Assembly: GCA_965215185.1 (NCBI GenBank)
Contig: OZ244034.1
Coordinates: 1,344,001-1,408,000, forward strand
Length of the DNA stretch: 64,000 nt
Direction of reading: 5' to 3'
Source: Acidimicrobiia bacterium
GTDB lineage: Bacteria; Actinomycetota; Acidimicrobiia; Spongiisociales; ZC4RG35
Positions within the stretch are counted from its first letter, which is position 1. Each line of letters opens with the position of its first letter. Shown here in pieces: positions 9,744 through 18,902 of the stretch. A program made the position numbers and the translations under genes. The notes under the pieces are model-generated. The model ran no database searches. It saw nothing but the letters and a program-made list of their open reading frames with translations, and was not told the DNA's origin.

Positions 9744-10712
9744 CTATCCCGCAGACAACCTGTCCACCATGATGCGGAGTCCCTCGGGGAGAGGCGACTG
9801 GTTCTCCATCAACCGGGACGGATCAATTGGGTGCTGAAAAGTCAGTTCGGAAGCGTGCAGCCACATGCGGTCGGCCCCCAGCGGATCGGGCCTGCCGCTG
9901 TACAGCCGGTCCCCCACCACCGGACGGCCGATGGAGGAGAAATGCACTCGGATCTGGTGGGTGCGACCCGTCTCCAGCTCAACTTGCAAGAGGGAGAGCC
10001 GCGGGTTTTTCCAATGACCGATCACCCGATAGCGGGTGAGGGCGTATCGGCCGCCTGCCACCACTGCTCTCTTCCCTCTCCGGCGAGGATCCGGACCAAG
10101 GGGAGCCTCCACTGCTCCGTGGGTGGTCTCCATCGCCCCATGCACCAACGCCAAGTAGCGGCGTTTGATCTCTCGGCGGCGCAGTGCGGCCACCAATTCG
10201 GTGTAGGCCCGCGGGGAGAGAGCGGCAACCAGCAACCCGGAGGTGTCCCGATCGAGGCGATGGACTATCCCCCATCTGACCGGCTGTCCCACCCCCTCGA
10301 TCTGTGGATACCGATGTAACAACCCGGCCGCCAGGGTTCCACCCTGCCCGGGCACCACGGAACCAGGATGGGTTATCACTCCAACCGGCTTGACGACCAC
10401 CGCCAGATCTTCGTCCTCATAGACCACCTCGAAGTCGACCTGCTCGGGCCGAAGTCTTCTCTCCGGGGGGTCGCCCAGCCATAACGTCATTCCCGTCTCC
10501 ACCCGTTGGGAAGGCTTCAAGGCTCCGCTCAGGGCGCGAGCGCGGCCCGTATCGATCAGACTGCGAGAGATTGAACGACTCACTCCCAGGAGAGACGAAA
10601 CCACCCGATCCGCCCGTTCCCCTCCCAGGGACTCAGGGACTGTCCACTCCCGAAGCTCACCCGACCCCGACGGCAGGTGCGCCGGCTGAGAGTCAGGAGC
10701 GGGAGGAGGCAA
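9744..10712 (-). CDS. rluD: RluA/RluD family pseudouridine synthase with S4 domain
   Basis: HRLDRDTSG, GRTHQIRVH, GDRLY; follows lspA. Confidence 0.92.
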   Translation of the reverse strand: MPPPAPDSQPAHLPSGSGELREWTVPESLGGERADRVVSSLLGVSRSISRSLIDTGRARALSGALKPSQRVETGMTLWLGDPPERRLRPEQVDFEVVYEDEDLAVVVKPVGVITHPGSVVPGQGGTLAAGLLHRYPQIEGVGQPVRWGIVHRLDRDTSGLLVAALSPRAYTELVAALRRREIKRRYLALVHGAMETTHGAVEAPLGPDPRRRGKRAVVAGGRYALTRYRVIGHWKNPRLSLLQVELETGRTHQIRVHFSSIGRPVVGDRLYSGRPDPLGADRMWLHASELTFQHPIDPSRLMENQSPLPEGLRIMVDRLSAG

Positions 10713-11163
10713 GACTCTGACGGAAGGAGGACAGTACCACCAACCCCACCCCCACCGTGAGAGCGGCGTCCGCCATGTTGAAAACCGGAAAGTTCGGAAC
10801 CTGTATCCAGTCCACCACTTTTCCGCTCAGCAGACCGTCCCCTCGCGAGGCTCGATCCACCAGGTTCCCCACCGCCCCACCCATCACCAATCCCAGCCCG
10901 ATCACTTCGGAACCCGGACGAGGGGTTCGCAAAGCCCACCCGATCACTCCCACCGCTCCCGCCGCCGCCAAACCCAGCCACACCCCGGCGTCCTGAAACA
11001 TCGAAAAGGCTGATCCGGGATTCTCCACATAGGTAAACCACAGCAGATCGGGGACCACCTCCACTCGCTCGGATTCGAAGCTGCTCTCCGCCCAACGCTT
11101 GCTGATCTGATCAACCGCTACCACCGTGGCGGCCGCCCCCACCGCTAGAGCGAAGGTGGTCAT
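10693..11163 (-). CDS. lspA: lipoprotein signal peptidase II
   Basis: DQISK, NPGSAFS, GNLVDR, VVDWI, VFNMADA; ATG 11163 overlaps upstream TGA. Confidence 0.95.
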   Translation of the reverse strand: MTTFALAVGAAATVVAVDQISKRWAESSFESERVEVVPDLLWFTYVENPGSAFSMFQDAGVWLGLAAAGAVGVIGWALRTPRPGSEVIGLGLVMGGAVGNLVDRASRGDGLLSGKVVDWIQVPNFPVFNMADAALTVGVGLVVLSSFRQSLASSRS

Positions 11164-11540
11164 CAGTTTCGGACGGCGCACTCTATACAACTATCCACAT
11201 AAGGGAGATAACGTAGTCGAGCCACGGGAACCGGCTTTCCGCACATGTCGCAGTCACCGTATTCGTTGCGGTCCATTTTGGCCAAGGCATATTTAATTTT
11301 TTCCAACAACAGAAAGGCGTTACGTTCCAGTGACATCTGCGTCTCGTAGTCGGTGGCGGCGGCGCCGGCTTCGGCGCTGGCAGGATCGGGACTTCGTTCC
11401 CCCGCTCCTTCAGCCATTCTGGCCTCCTCCATAGCCTGGTTGTAGCCTCCGATCAACTCCGTGATCCGTGCTCTCTCCGACTCAAGACGAGCGCGAAGTA
11501 GGGCGATGGTCTTATCATGTAACAACCGGGCCATTTGCAC
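11163..11540 (-). CDS. TraR/DksA-type C4 zinc-finger protein
   Basis: Coiled coil followed by YGDCDMCG..ARL..LP..CIEC; start may be ATG 11534. Confidence 0.85.
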   Translation of the reverse strand: MQMARLLHDKTIALLRARLESERARITELIGGYNQAMEEARMAEGAGERSPDPASAEAGAAATDYETQMSLERNAFLLLEKIKYALAKMDRNEYGDCDMCGKPVPVARLRYLPYVDSCIECAVRN

Positions 11541-11564
11541 TCCTCTCAGTGCCCAAATACCGGA

Positions 11565-11852
11565 TTAGAGACTATCGCGTCGGCGCGTGAATTCCACTTC
11601 TTTCCGGCGGGAAGTATGTCCCGACACCACTTGTGCTCTCATCCCCAAGGCTCCGGACAGGAGTTTCTCGACCGCCCGGTTGGCCTTTCCCCGTTCCGGC
11701 GGAGCCGTGACCCGTACTTTCACCGAGTCTCCATGCAGACCATCCACCCGACTGCGCGACGAGCCGGGCCCCACCCACACCCGCAGACGATATTTTTCTC
11801 CAACCGTGCGAACCGCCGGCGCCCAGCTATCGGGAAACGTCTGCATGCCCAT
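11565..11852 (-). CDS. yggU: DUF167 / YggU family protein
   Basis: VRVTAPPERGKAN and GHTSRRK motifs. Confidence 0.88.
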   Translation of the reverse strand: MGMQTFPDSWAPAVRTVGEKYRLRVWVGPGSSRSRVDGLHGDSVKVRVTAPPERGKANRAVEKLLSGALGMRAQVVSGHTSRRKEVEFTRRRDSL

Positions 11853-11900
11853 TCTGCAAATGTACCATTCGGCTTTTCCAAACCACTTCGAATCGAGAAT

Positions 11901-14900
11901 ATGCCGTCATCCGATTTTACCCGCATTCCCCCCCAAGTGAATCTTCCCGAACTCGACGCCGAGGTGTCACGGATCTGGAAACAAACCGACGCCTTCGTCG
12001 AGTCGATCCGGCGCCGACCCGCCGACCGCGAGTACACGTTCTATGACGGCCCACCCTTTACCACCGGTTCGCCCCACTACGGAAACCTGCTGGCGGGCGT
12101 GATCAAGGACATTGTCCCCAGATACTGGACAATGAGAGGCTATCGCATCGAACGCCGTTTCGGATGGGACACGCATGGGTTGCCGGTGGAGATGGAAGTG
12201 CAGAAACAGTTGGGTATCAGCGGTCCCCATGAGATAAACAAGTTGGGAATCGACCGCTTCAACGAGGCCTGTCGAAACTTGGTGGAGCGGACCACCGAGG
12301 AGTGGGAAGAAGTAACCGGGCGGATCGGACGGTGGGTGGACTTCCGAAACGACTACAAGACCATGGACCCCGACTTCATGGAGAGCGTTTGGTGGGTGTT
12401 CAAGCAGTTGTGGAACAAGGGCTTGATCTACCGCGACTTCAAGGTGCTTCCCTACTCATGGGCATGTTCCACGCCGCTCTCCAACTTCGAAATGAACCTC
12501 GGCGGGTACAAGGAAGTAGACGACCCTTCCATAACCGTCAAGTTAAGAGTTATAGAAGGAGGGGGGCCTGTGCAGACAGGTGACTATCTCCTGATCTGGA
12601 CCACCACGCCCTGGACCCTACCGGGCAATCTGGCGGTGGCGGTGGCGCCTGACCTGATGTATGCGGCCATTCCCCACAACGGGGCGCGGTATTGGGCTGC
12701 CACCGAACTTATCTCGGCCGTGTGGGACGATCCCCCGGCGCCAGTGGCCGAGGCTCGAGGCTCCGAGTTGGTCGGCAGTCGCTATGAGCCGCCCTTCTCC
12801 TATTTTCAGCATCTTGCCTCCGATGGTGCTTTCGTGGTGGTGCCATCTGAAGATGTGACCGCCGAGGAGGGAACCGGACTGGTGCATATGGCGCCTGCGT
12901 ACGGGGAGGCCGACTTCAATACTTTCGCGGCCAATGGCCTGAACCTGATGGTGGATCCCGTCGACGCCGAGGGGCGCTTCACCGACCAGGTACCGGAAGT
13001 GGCCGGGCAGAACGTGAAAGACGCCGACCGTACTCTGATGCGCCTGCTGGCCGACTCCGGCAAACTGGTGCGCCGGGAACGCATCCGCCACTCCTATCCC
13101 TTCTGCTACCGCACCGACACGCCCCTCATCTACAAGGCGATTCCCACCTGGTTCGTGAAAGTGTCGGAATTTCGCGACAGGTTGGTGGAACACAACAAGC
13201 GCATCCATTGGGTCCCCCAATACGTGGGTGAACGCCGTTTCGGCAACTGGCTGAGCGACGCTCGAGATTGGGCGATCAGCCGAAACCGCTACTGGGGATC
13301 GTGTATACCGGTCTGGGAATGTGCGCAATGTGGCGCCGAGGAGTGCATCGGGTCACTCGACGAACTTGAGGCGCACTCTGGACAGCGGCCGACGGACCTT
13401 CACAAACACATCGTGGATCTAATAACTTTTGCATGTTCGGCGCCTGGGTGCGAAGGGGTGATGCGTCGGGTTCCCGAGGTGTTGGACTGTTGGTTCGAGT
13501 CGGGATCCATGCCATATGGGCAGCAGCACTACCCGTTTGAGAATCGGGAGCGTTTCGAGAAAAACTTCCCCGCCCACTTCATCGCCGAAGGGCTTGATCA
13601 GACCCGCGGCTGGTTCTACACCCTCCACATCCTTGCTGCGGCGCTCTTCGACCGGCCGGCCTTCTCCAACTGCGTCGTCAACGGGATGCTGCTCGCCGCC
13701 GACGGTCGGAAAATGTCCAAGAGCCTCAAGAACTACCCCGATCCGATGGAGATTCTGGACAAATTCGGCGCCGACGCGTTGCGCGCCTACCTGATCAACT
13801 CCCCGGTGCTCAGGGCGGAGCCGCTTCTCTTCTCCGAGAAGGGGGTCAAAGAGGTAGTGCGAACCGTGCTGCTTCCTCTTTGGAACACCTTTTCGTTTTT
13901 CACGACCTACGCCCAAGCGGACAGAATCGGGCTATCCGATATAGCCGCTGCTCCCCCACCTGCCGAACGGCCCGCTTTGGACCGCTGGGTGCTCTCGATG
14001 CTGCAAAGCCTCATCACCGAGGTGCGCCACCAAATGGATGGCTATTACCTGTACGCAGTGATCCCTCCCATCCTCGGGTTTATCGATCATCTCACCAACT
14101 GGTACGTCCGTCGATCCCGGAGGCGCTTTTGGAGAAGTCGCGGGGAGGACGACGCCGACAAACTGGCCGCCTTCGCCACCCTGTACGAGGTGTTGGTCAC
14201 TTTCTCGGAAGTGCTGGCGCCGGTGCTGCCGTTCATCACCGAGAAGATCTACCAAACCCTGGTGGCCTCCTGCGACGTTTCAGCGGCGCCCAGCATCCAT
14301 CTTCGCGACTTTCCCGAACCTCAGCCCGAACGAATCGACTCCGGATTGGAGGAGGGTATGGCACTGGCCCGGACTGCGGTGAGGCTCGCCCATGCCCTCC
14401 GCAAACAGCACAACCTCCGCGTACGCCAACCGCTGGGAACGCTCACCGTGAACCTGGCCACCAGCCACCGCGCAGAGACCCTGCAAGCCCTCTCCGATTT
14501 GGTCCAAAACGAAGTGAATGTCCGCTCTCTTCGGGTAGTTAGCGGCGAAGAGCCAACCGTACAGCTATCCGTCAACGCCGACTTTCGCCGACTCGGGCCC
14601 CGGCTGGGCGCCCGTACCCCACAAGTGGCCCGGGCCATACAAGGCCTGAGCAAGACTGAAATCCAGAGCCTGCTGGACGGTGAAGTCATCAAAGTGGCAA
14701 AGACGGACATCAGCGTTGAGGACGTGGTGGTGCGCCGCCGGGCTCCGGAGGGAACCGCGATCGCCGTCGAAGACGACCTGACCGTCACCTTGGACATCGA
14801 TTTGACCGAGGAGCTGCTGGCCGAGGGAGTGGCCAGGGAAATTACTGCCCGCCTTCAGCAGTTGCGACGAGAGCGCAAGCTTCGGGTCACCGACCGCATC

Positions 14901-15092
14901 ACCTTGATTTGGAATTCCCATCATCCGGCTGTAGTCGCCGCTATACAGGTTCACGGAGAAATGATCGCCGCGGAACTATTGGCGACCGTGTTTGAGCAAG
15001 GACCGGCCGAAACCGAACTGCAAGTGGGAAACTACCTTCTTTCGGTCACAATGGACGTTGTCTCGGACCTCACCACCCCCCACCAGGGGTAG
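11901..15092 (+). CDS. ileS: isoleucine--tRNA ligase, type 2 (eukaryote/archaea-like)
   Basis: FYDGPPF, HYGN (HIGH variant), GWDTHGLP, WTTTPWTLP, DWAISRNRYWG, EGLDQTRGWFY, KMSKS; type-2 C-terminus (EGVARE); ATG 11901. Confidence 0.97.
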   Translation: MPSSDFTRIPPQVNLPELDAEVSRIWKQTDAFVESIRRRPADREYTFYDGPPFTTGSPHYGNLLAGVIKDIVPRYWTMRGYRIERRFGWDTHGLPVEMEVQKQLGISGPHEINKLGIDRFNEACRNLVERTTEEWEEVTGRIGRWVDFRNDYKTMDPDFMESVWWVFKQLWNKGLIYRDFKVLPYSWACSTPLSNFEMNLGGYKEVDDPSITVKLRVIEGGGPVQTGDYLLIWTTTPWTLPGNLAVAVAPDLMYAAIPHNGARYWAATELISAVWDDPPAPVAEARGSELVGSRYEPPFSYFQHLASDGAFVVVPSEDVTAEEGTGLVHMAPAYGEADFNTFAANGLNLMVDPVDAEGRFTDQVPEVAGQNVKDADRTLMRLLADSGKLVRRERIRHSYPFCYRTDTPLIYKAIPTWFVKVSEFRDRLVEHNKRIHWVPQYVGERRFGNWLSDARDWAISRNRYWGSCIPVWECAQCGAEECIGSLDELEAHSGQRPTDLHKHIVDLITFACSAPGCEGVMRRVPEVLDCWFESGSMPYGQQHYPFENRERFEKNFPAHFIAEGLDQTRGWFYTLHILAAALFDRPAFSNCVVNGMLLAADGRKMSKSLKNYPDPMEILDKFGADALRAYLINSPVLRAEPLLFSEKGVKEVVRTVLLPLWNTFSFFTTYAQADRIGLSDIAAAPPPAERPALDRWVLSMLQSLITEVRHQMDGYYLYAVIPPILGFIDHLTNWYVRRSRRRFWRSRGEDDADKLAAFATLYEVLVTFSEVLAPVLPFITEKIYQTLVASCDVSAAPSIHLRDFPEPQPERIDSGLEEGMALARTAVRLAHALRKQHNLRVRQPLGTLTVNLATSHRAETLQALSDLVQNEVNVRSLRVVSGEEPTVQLSVNADFRRLGPRLGARTPQVARAIQGLSKTEIQSLLDGEVIKVAKTDISVEDVVVRRRAPEGTAIAVEDDLTVTLDIDLTEELLAEGVAREITARLQQLRRERKLRVTDRITLIWNSHHPAVVAAIQVHGEMIAAELLATVFEQGPAETELQVGNYLLSVTMDVVSDLTTPHQG

Positions 15093-15094
15093 GC

Positions 15095-15628
15095 CTACAG
15101 TAGGGCTCGAATCTGGGAGGCGGCGTCGTCCAACTCTGTTATGTGGTCGTCCATAGCACCCGGCACACCGCTCAAGCTGGACTTCACCACCAAAAGAACT
15201 ATCCGGTATCGCTCAATCTCGGCCAGCATAAGTTGCGCGGCCCGTTCTCTTTTGCGATCTAATTCCCCCAAAGATATGGTGGAGGCCCCCGCACGGGCAT
15301 CCTGAGGCGACGGCCGTGGTTGGGCCAATCCGGCGGTTTCGTTGCGAGCAGCAGCTACCAACTGGGATGCGCTCTCTTGGGCTTCCTCAATGATCCGACG
15401 GGATTCCGTACGGGCCTGCGACAGCACCCGGGCAGCATCCTCATTGTCGGCCGCCGGGACTCCCCTCTTCACTTGGGCGATGATCCTGTCTCGTTCGGCC
15501 AAGAGTTCGTCATACTCTTTGAGCGAAAGCGCCACTTCGTCTAGGAACTCATCAACGTCTTCGAGGTGGTAACCGCGCAATGCAGTGCGGAAGAACTTTT
15601 CTTGGATGTCATCAGGGGTGAGGGGCAT
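15095..15628 (-). CDS. divIVA: DivIVA domain protein
   Basis: MPLTPDDIQEKFFRTALRGYHLEDVDEFLD followed by coiled coil; after yggT. Confidence 0.88.
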   Translation of the reverse strand: MPLTPDDIQEKFFRTALRGYHLEDVDEFLDEVALSLKEYDELLAERDRIIAQVKRGVPAADNEDAARVLSQARTESRRIIEEAQESASQLVAAARNETAGLAQPRPSPQDARAGASTISLGELDRKRERAAQLMLAEIERYRIVLLVVKSSLSGVPGAMDDHITELDDAASQIRALL

Positions 15629-15663
15629 ATTAAACCAATCTGTTGGCCACAACTCTGGGACTA

Positions 15664-15693
15664 ATTATAAAATCGCCTCGGGACCCAAGACAA
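15664..15693 (-). promoter_or_regulatory. putative sigma-A promoter of divIVA
   Basis: Minus strand TTGTCT-18 nt-TATAAT, 35 nt upstream of ATG 15628. Confidence 0.6.
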
Positions 15694-15739
15694 CAACCTC
15701 TCTCGGATCCTCAAGGCAGAGTCAGTGAGGGTATGGACT

Positions 15740-15994
15740 TCAGCAGAGAATACCTTGCACCAAATAGATGATGAGGAGCAGAGCCAAGGGAGAAAGATCG
15801 ACTCCCACCGCACCTATGCGAACGGGGGGCAACACGTTGCGAATGCGCCTCAACATTGGATTGATCAGCCGATCAAAGAGGTCTTTCACAGCGCGCAGAG
15901 GATGACCCTCAGAGGTGGGTATCCAGCTGAGTACCACCCAGATCAACACCACCCATCTGGCCATAATAAGCAACTGACATAAAAGCAAGGTCAT
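15740..15994 (-). CDS. yggT: YggT family membrane protein
   Basis: VLSWIP..INPMLRRIRNVLPP..GVDLSPL. Confidence 0.9.
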   Translation of the reverse strand: MTLLLCQLLIMARWVVLIWVVLSWIPTSEGHPLRAVKDLFDRLINPMLRRIRNVLPPVRIGAVGVDLSPLALLLIIYLVQGILC

Positions 15995-16019
15995 AGCAGT
16001 CTGCCGTTTAGTCCCTTTG

Positions 16020-16529
16020 TCAAGTATTGATAGAGGACGGCCACATCCCGATTTTGGCCAAGCGCATCTTCTCGCTGGCTGAAACTGTGACTCTCGGCGG
16101 CTTGACCATCACCAACCCGTCGCCCACCTGGTTGACCTCACCCTGGTTGTAGCTGATCAGACCGGTCGCATAGTAGACAACCCCCTGGGCCACCTCCGTG
16201 GAAAGGAACCGCAAATCCAACATCACCGGAACCCCCGCCCTGTACCAAGAGGTGAGATGTGGACAATCCTGAAAGCCGTCTACCTGCAGAATCTCGGTCT
16301 CCACATCAACAGGAGAGGGCTTGGAGCGCTCTCTCAGCGTCAAAGGCGCCTCGGTTCGCAGCATCGAGGAGGACGAGGGCGGGTCCATCGGATTGCTGGA
16401 GATCAGACGAACGTTGCCCGAGGAGGTGGGGGTCGCCGGCGAGGTCATTGCGGGAGACGGCGTCCAAGCGTCCTCGTCTTCCACCAGCCCCAAGAAGTCC
16501 CACACTTTACCCATGATGTTGTCACTCAT
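16020..16529 (-). CDS. sepF: cell division protein SepF (divergent)
   Basis: N-terminal amphipathic helix (KVWDFLGL), linker, core GVPVMLDL..ATGL..GEVNQVG..VKP; lies between yggS and yggT. Confidence 0.82.
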   Translation of the reverse strand: MSDNIMGKVWDFLGLVEDEDAWTPSPAMTSPATPTSSGNVRLISSNPMDPPSSSSMLRTEAPLTLRERSKPSPVDVETEILQVDGFQDCPHLTSWYRAGVPVMLDLRFLSTEVAQGVVYYATGLISYNQGEVNQVGDGLVMVKPPRVTVSASEKMRLAKIGMWPSSINT

Positions 16530-16531
16530 GA

Positions 16532-17179
16532 TTATTCACCAAAGACAGCTCGGCCCACGCGCACCATGGTAGCCCCTTCCTCTACTGCTACCTGGTAATC
16601 CTCTGTCATCCCCATCGATAGCTCCTTCACCGCGGGATATCGGGCGCTAACCTGCTCGGACAATTGGCGAAGACGTCGGAAAAAGGGGCGGGCCTGCTCG
16701 GAATGATCCACCCTGGGCGCCATGGCCATCAGGCCCCGCACTTGCGCACCCTCTTCCTGAACCGTGTGCACTAACTGCTCAAGCTGCTCGGGTGCCACCC
16801 CGTGCTTTTGGGGCTCATTGCCGATATTTACCTGAGCCAGGGCAGGTATTTGCGAGGACCCGGTGCGGGCCCAAACCCGAGCCAGACTCGGTCTATCCAT
16901 AGAGTGGAGAAGGGCAACCGTCGAACGAACCATTCTCACCTTGTTGGTTTGCAGGTGACCCACAAAATGCCAACGAATGTCACTGGGTAACTCCCCCACC
17001 TTGGAGATCAGTTCCTGTGCCCGGTTTTCACCGAAGTCCCTTACTCCTTGATCGTAGAGTTTCCTGATCTCAGGTACCCCTCGACCTTTGGTAATCACTA
17101 TAAGGGTTACATCCTCAGGCCGCCGGCCCACCTTACTCGCCGCCTCGGCCACCTTTTCCAAGACCCGGTTGTAGCTCAT
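16532..17179 (-). CDS. yggS: PLP homeostasis protein YggS
   Basis: VITK, DFGENRAQE, WHFVGHLQTNK, LSMGMT, GATMVRVG. Confidence 0.95.
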   Translation of the reverse strand: MSYNRVLEKVAEAASKVGRRPEDVTLIVITKGRGVPEIRKLYDQGVRDFGENRAQELISKVGELPSDIRWHFVGHLQTNKVRMVRSTVALLHSMDRPSLARVWARTGSSQIPALAQVNIGNEPQKHGVAPEQLEQLVHTVQEEGAQVRGLMAMAPRVDHSEQARPFFRRLRQLSEQVSARYPAVKELSMGMTEDYQVAVEEGATMVRVGRAVFGE

Positions 17180-17802
17180 TGGGCAATCCAACCCAATGCC
17201 GCCATCCGGCGGGGAGTGCCGTCACGGCGGTGGGAGAAACTGCCCGGTTGGTGGAGAGTGCATCTTTGGGACCACCAGATCGGAAGGTCGCCGAGTTGCT
17301 CTGCCACCGCCCCGCCCAAATCAACAGACGGTCGTCCCTGCCGGGAAAGGGTGACCTGCGGAAGGAATCGGCGAGCCACCTGGGGGCCAACCTCAAAACA
17401 ACACGGCCCGATGAAAGGACCCACCGCCGCCCAGTCAAGGTTGAGTCCCACCGACCGCATCGCCTTCACCATGCCACCAACCACCCCCGCCGCGATCCCC
17501 CGCCATCCGGCATGGGCCACTCCCACTCCCGCGGTTCCGCCCACCACCACCGCCACACAGTCAGCGGTCACCACCGCTACCACCAGCCCGGAAACCCTGG
17601 TGAACAGCGCATCCGCTTCCATCCCCACCGGGCCCGGACCCTCCACCTCCACCACCCGGTTTCCATGCACCTGATGGACGGTGGCCCACTCTGCAGAAAC
17701 ACCCAACGCAGCGGAAACCACCCCCCGGTTCGCCTGCTCCCGTTGATCTCCATCGGACTCAATGGTAAAAGCCGCTCCTGGCCACGGAAGAGGTTGGATC
17801 AT
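17176..17802 (-). CDS. pgeF: PgeF/YfiH peptidoglycan editing factor (purine nucleoside phosphorylase / laccase-domain family)
   Basis: QVHG, ADAL, TADC, AHAGWRG, GPFIGPCCFEVG, FSHRR. Confidence 0.92.
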   Translation of the reverse strand: MIQPLPWPGAAFTIESDGDQREQANRGVVSAALGVSAEWATVHQVHGNRVVEVEGPGPVGMEADALFTRVSGLVVAVVTADCVAVVVGGTAGVGVAHAGWRGIAAGVVGGMVKAMRSVGLNLDWAAVGPFIGPCCFEVGPQVARRFLPQVTLSRQGRPSVDLGGAVAEQLGDLPIWWSQRCTLHQPGSFSHRRDGTPRRMAALGWIAQ

Positions 17803-18875
17803 TTTCTCCCGGAGGAACTGATGGGGATGTCAAAAACGATACCCGATCCAGGGGAACTTGTACTCCTGCCCGATGATCCGGCGCCCGGGGAGACAGCCGC
17901 CCCACGACGGGCCGAGGGCCGATCGAACCCGGCCGCGATCACCGTAACCTGCATCTCCTCGCCCAAAGCGTCGTTTATGATGGCTCCAAAGATTATGTTG
18001 GCTTCGTCGGACGCCAACTGCGTTATGGTCTCGGCGGCCAGATGGGCTTCATGGAGAGTCATCTCCCGAGAGCCCGCCACCGACAACAGAATTCCCGATG
18101 CCCCGTCCATGCTGATCTCCAATAGCGGGCTGGAGATAGCCCGTTTGGCAGCCTGTAAAGCGCGGTCCTCTCCACGGGCTTTTCCTACTCCCAAAACCGC
18201 GGAGCCGCCGTCGGCCATCACGGTCTTGACATCAGCGAAGTCCACATTGATGAGACCGGTGGTGTTGATCATATTGGTGATCCCGGCCACCCCGTCCATC
18301 AACACCTCGTCGGCCATGCGGAAGGTCTCATTGATGGGAGCCGAGGGATCCCCCACCTCCAGGAGCCGATCGTTGGGCACCACGACCAAGGTGTCAACCT
18401 GCTCCCGCAGTTCACTGATTCCCTTTTCGGCGATGGAAGACCGGACCCTGCCCTCGAATCCAAACGGTCGGGTCACTATTCCCACGGTTAGCGCACCCAG
18501 ATTCCGGGCCACTTCCGCCACCACCGGCGCCGCACCGGTGCCGGTGCCGCCTCCTTCACCGCAAGTCACAAAAACCATGTCGGCGCCGCGCAATATGTCC
18601 TCTAATTCGTCTCGATGGGCGTCGGCCGCCTTTCGGCCCACCTCGGGATTCGCCCCCGCCCCCAGGCCCTTGGTCAACTCTCCCCCGATTTCCAACTTGA
18701 CCATGGCGTCGGAAGCCATCAGAGACTGGGCATCCGTGTTCAGAACCACGAATTCAACTCCCTGCAAACCGGATTCGATCATGCGGTTGATCGCGTTGAC
18801 GCCGGCGCCCCCCACTCCGATAACTTTCAGCACCGCCACATAGGCACTGGCCGGCTCCCAAATGATATCTTGCAT
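17799..18875 (-). CDS. ftsZ: cell division protein FtsZ (atypical C-terminal peptide)
   Basis: GVGGAGVNA, NTDAQ, GLGAGANP, GGGTGTG, NVDFAD; ends FDIPISSSGRK. Confidence 0.98.
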   Translation of the reverse strand: MQDIIWEPASAYVAVLKVIGVGGAGVNAINRMIESGLQGVEFVVLNTDAQSLMASDAMVKLEIGGELTKGLGAGANPEVGRKAADAHRDELEDILRGADMVFVTCGEGGGTGTGAAPVVAEVARNLGALTVGIVTRPFGFEGRVRSSIAEKGISELREQVDTLVVVPNDRLLEVGDPSAPINETFRMADEVLMDGVAGITNMINTTGLINVDFADVKTVMADGGSAVLGVGKARGEDRALQAAKRAISSPLLEISMDGASGILLSVAGSREMTLHEAHLAAETITQLASDEANIIFGAIINDALGEEMQVTVIAAGFDRPSARRGAAVSPGAGSSGRSTSSPGSGIVFDIPISSSGRK

Positions 18876-18902
18876 TGACTCGCCCCCTTAACAGGTTTTT
18901 TG

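Noticed and set aside
17179-18843. Long antisense or alternative-frame ORFs (e.g. 17179-18843+, 57196-58932+, 279-1586+)
   Set aside because: Typical stop-poor shadow frames of GC-rich genes, with no recognisable motifs
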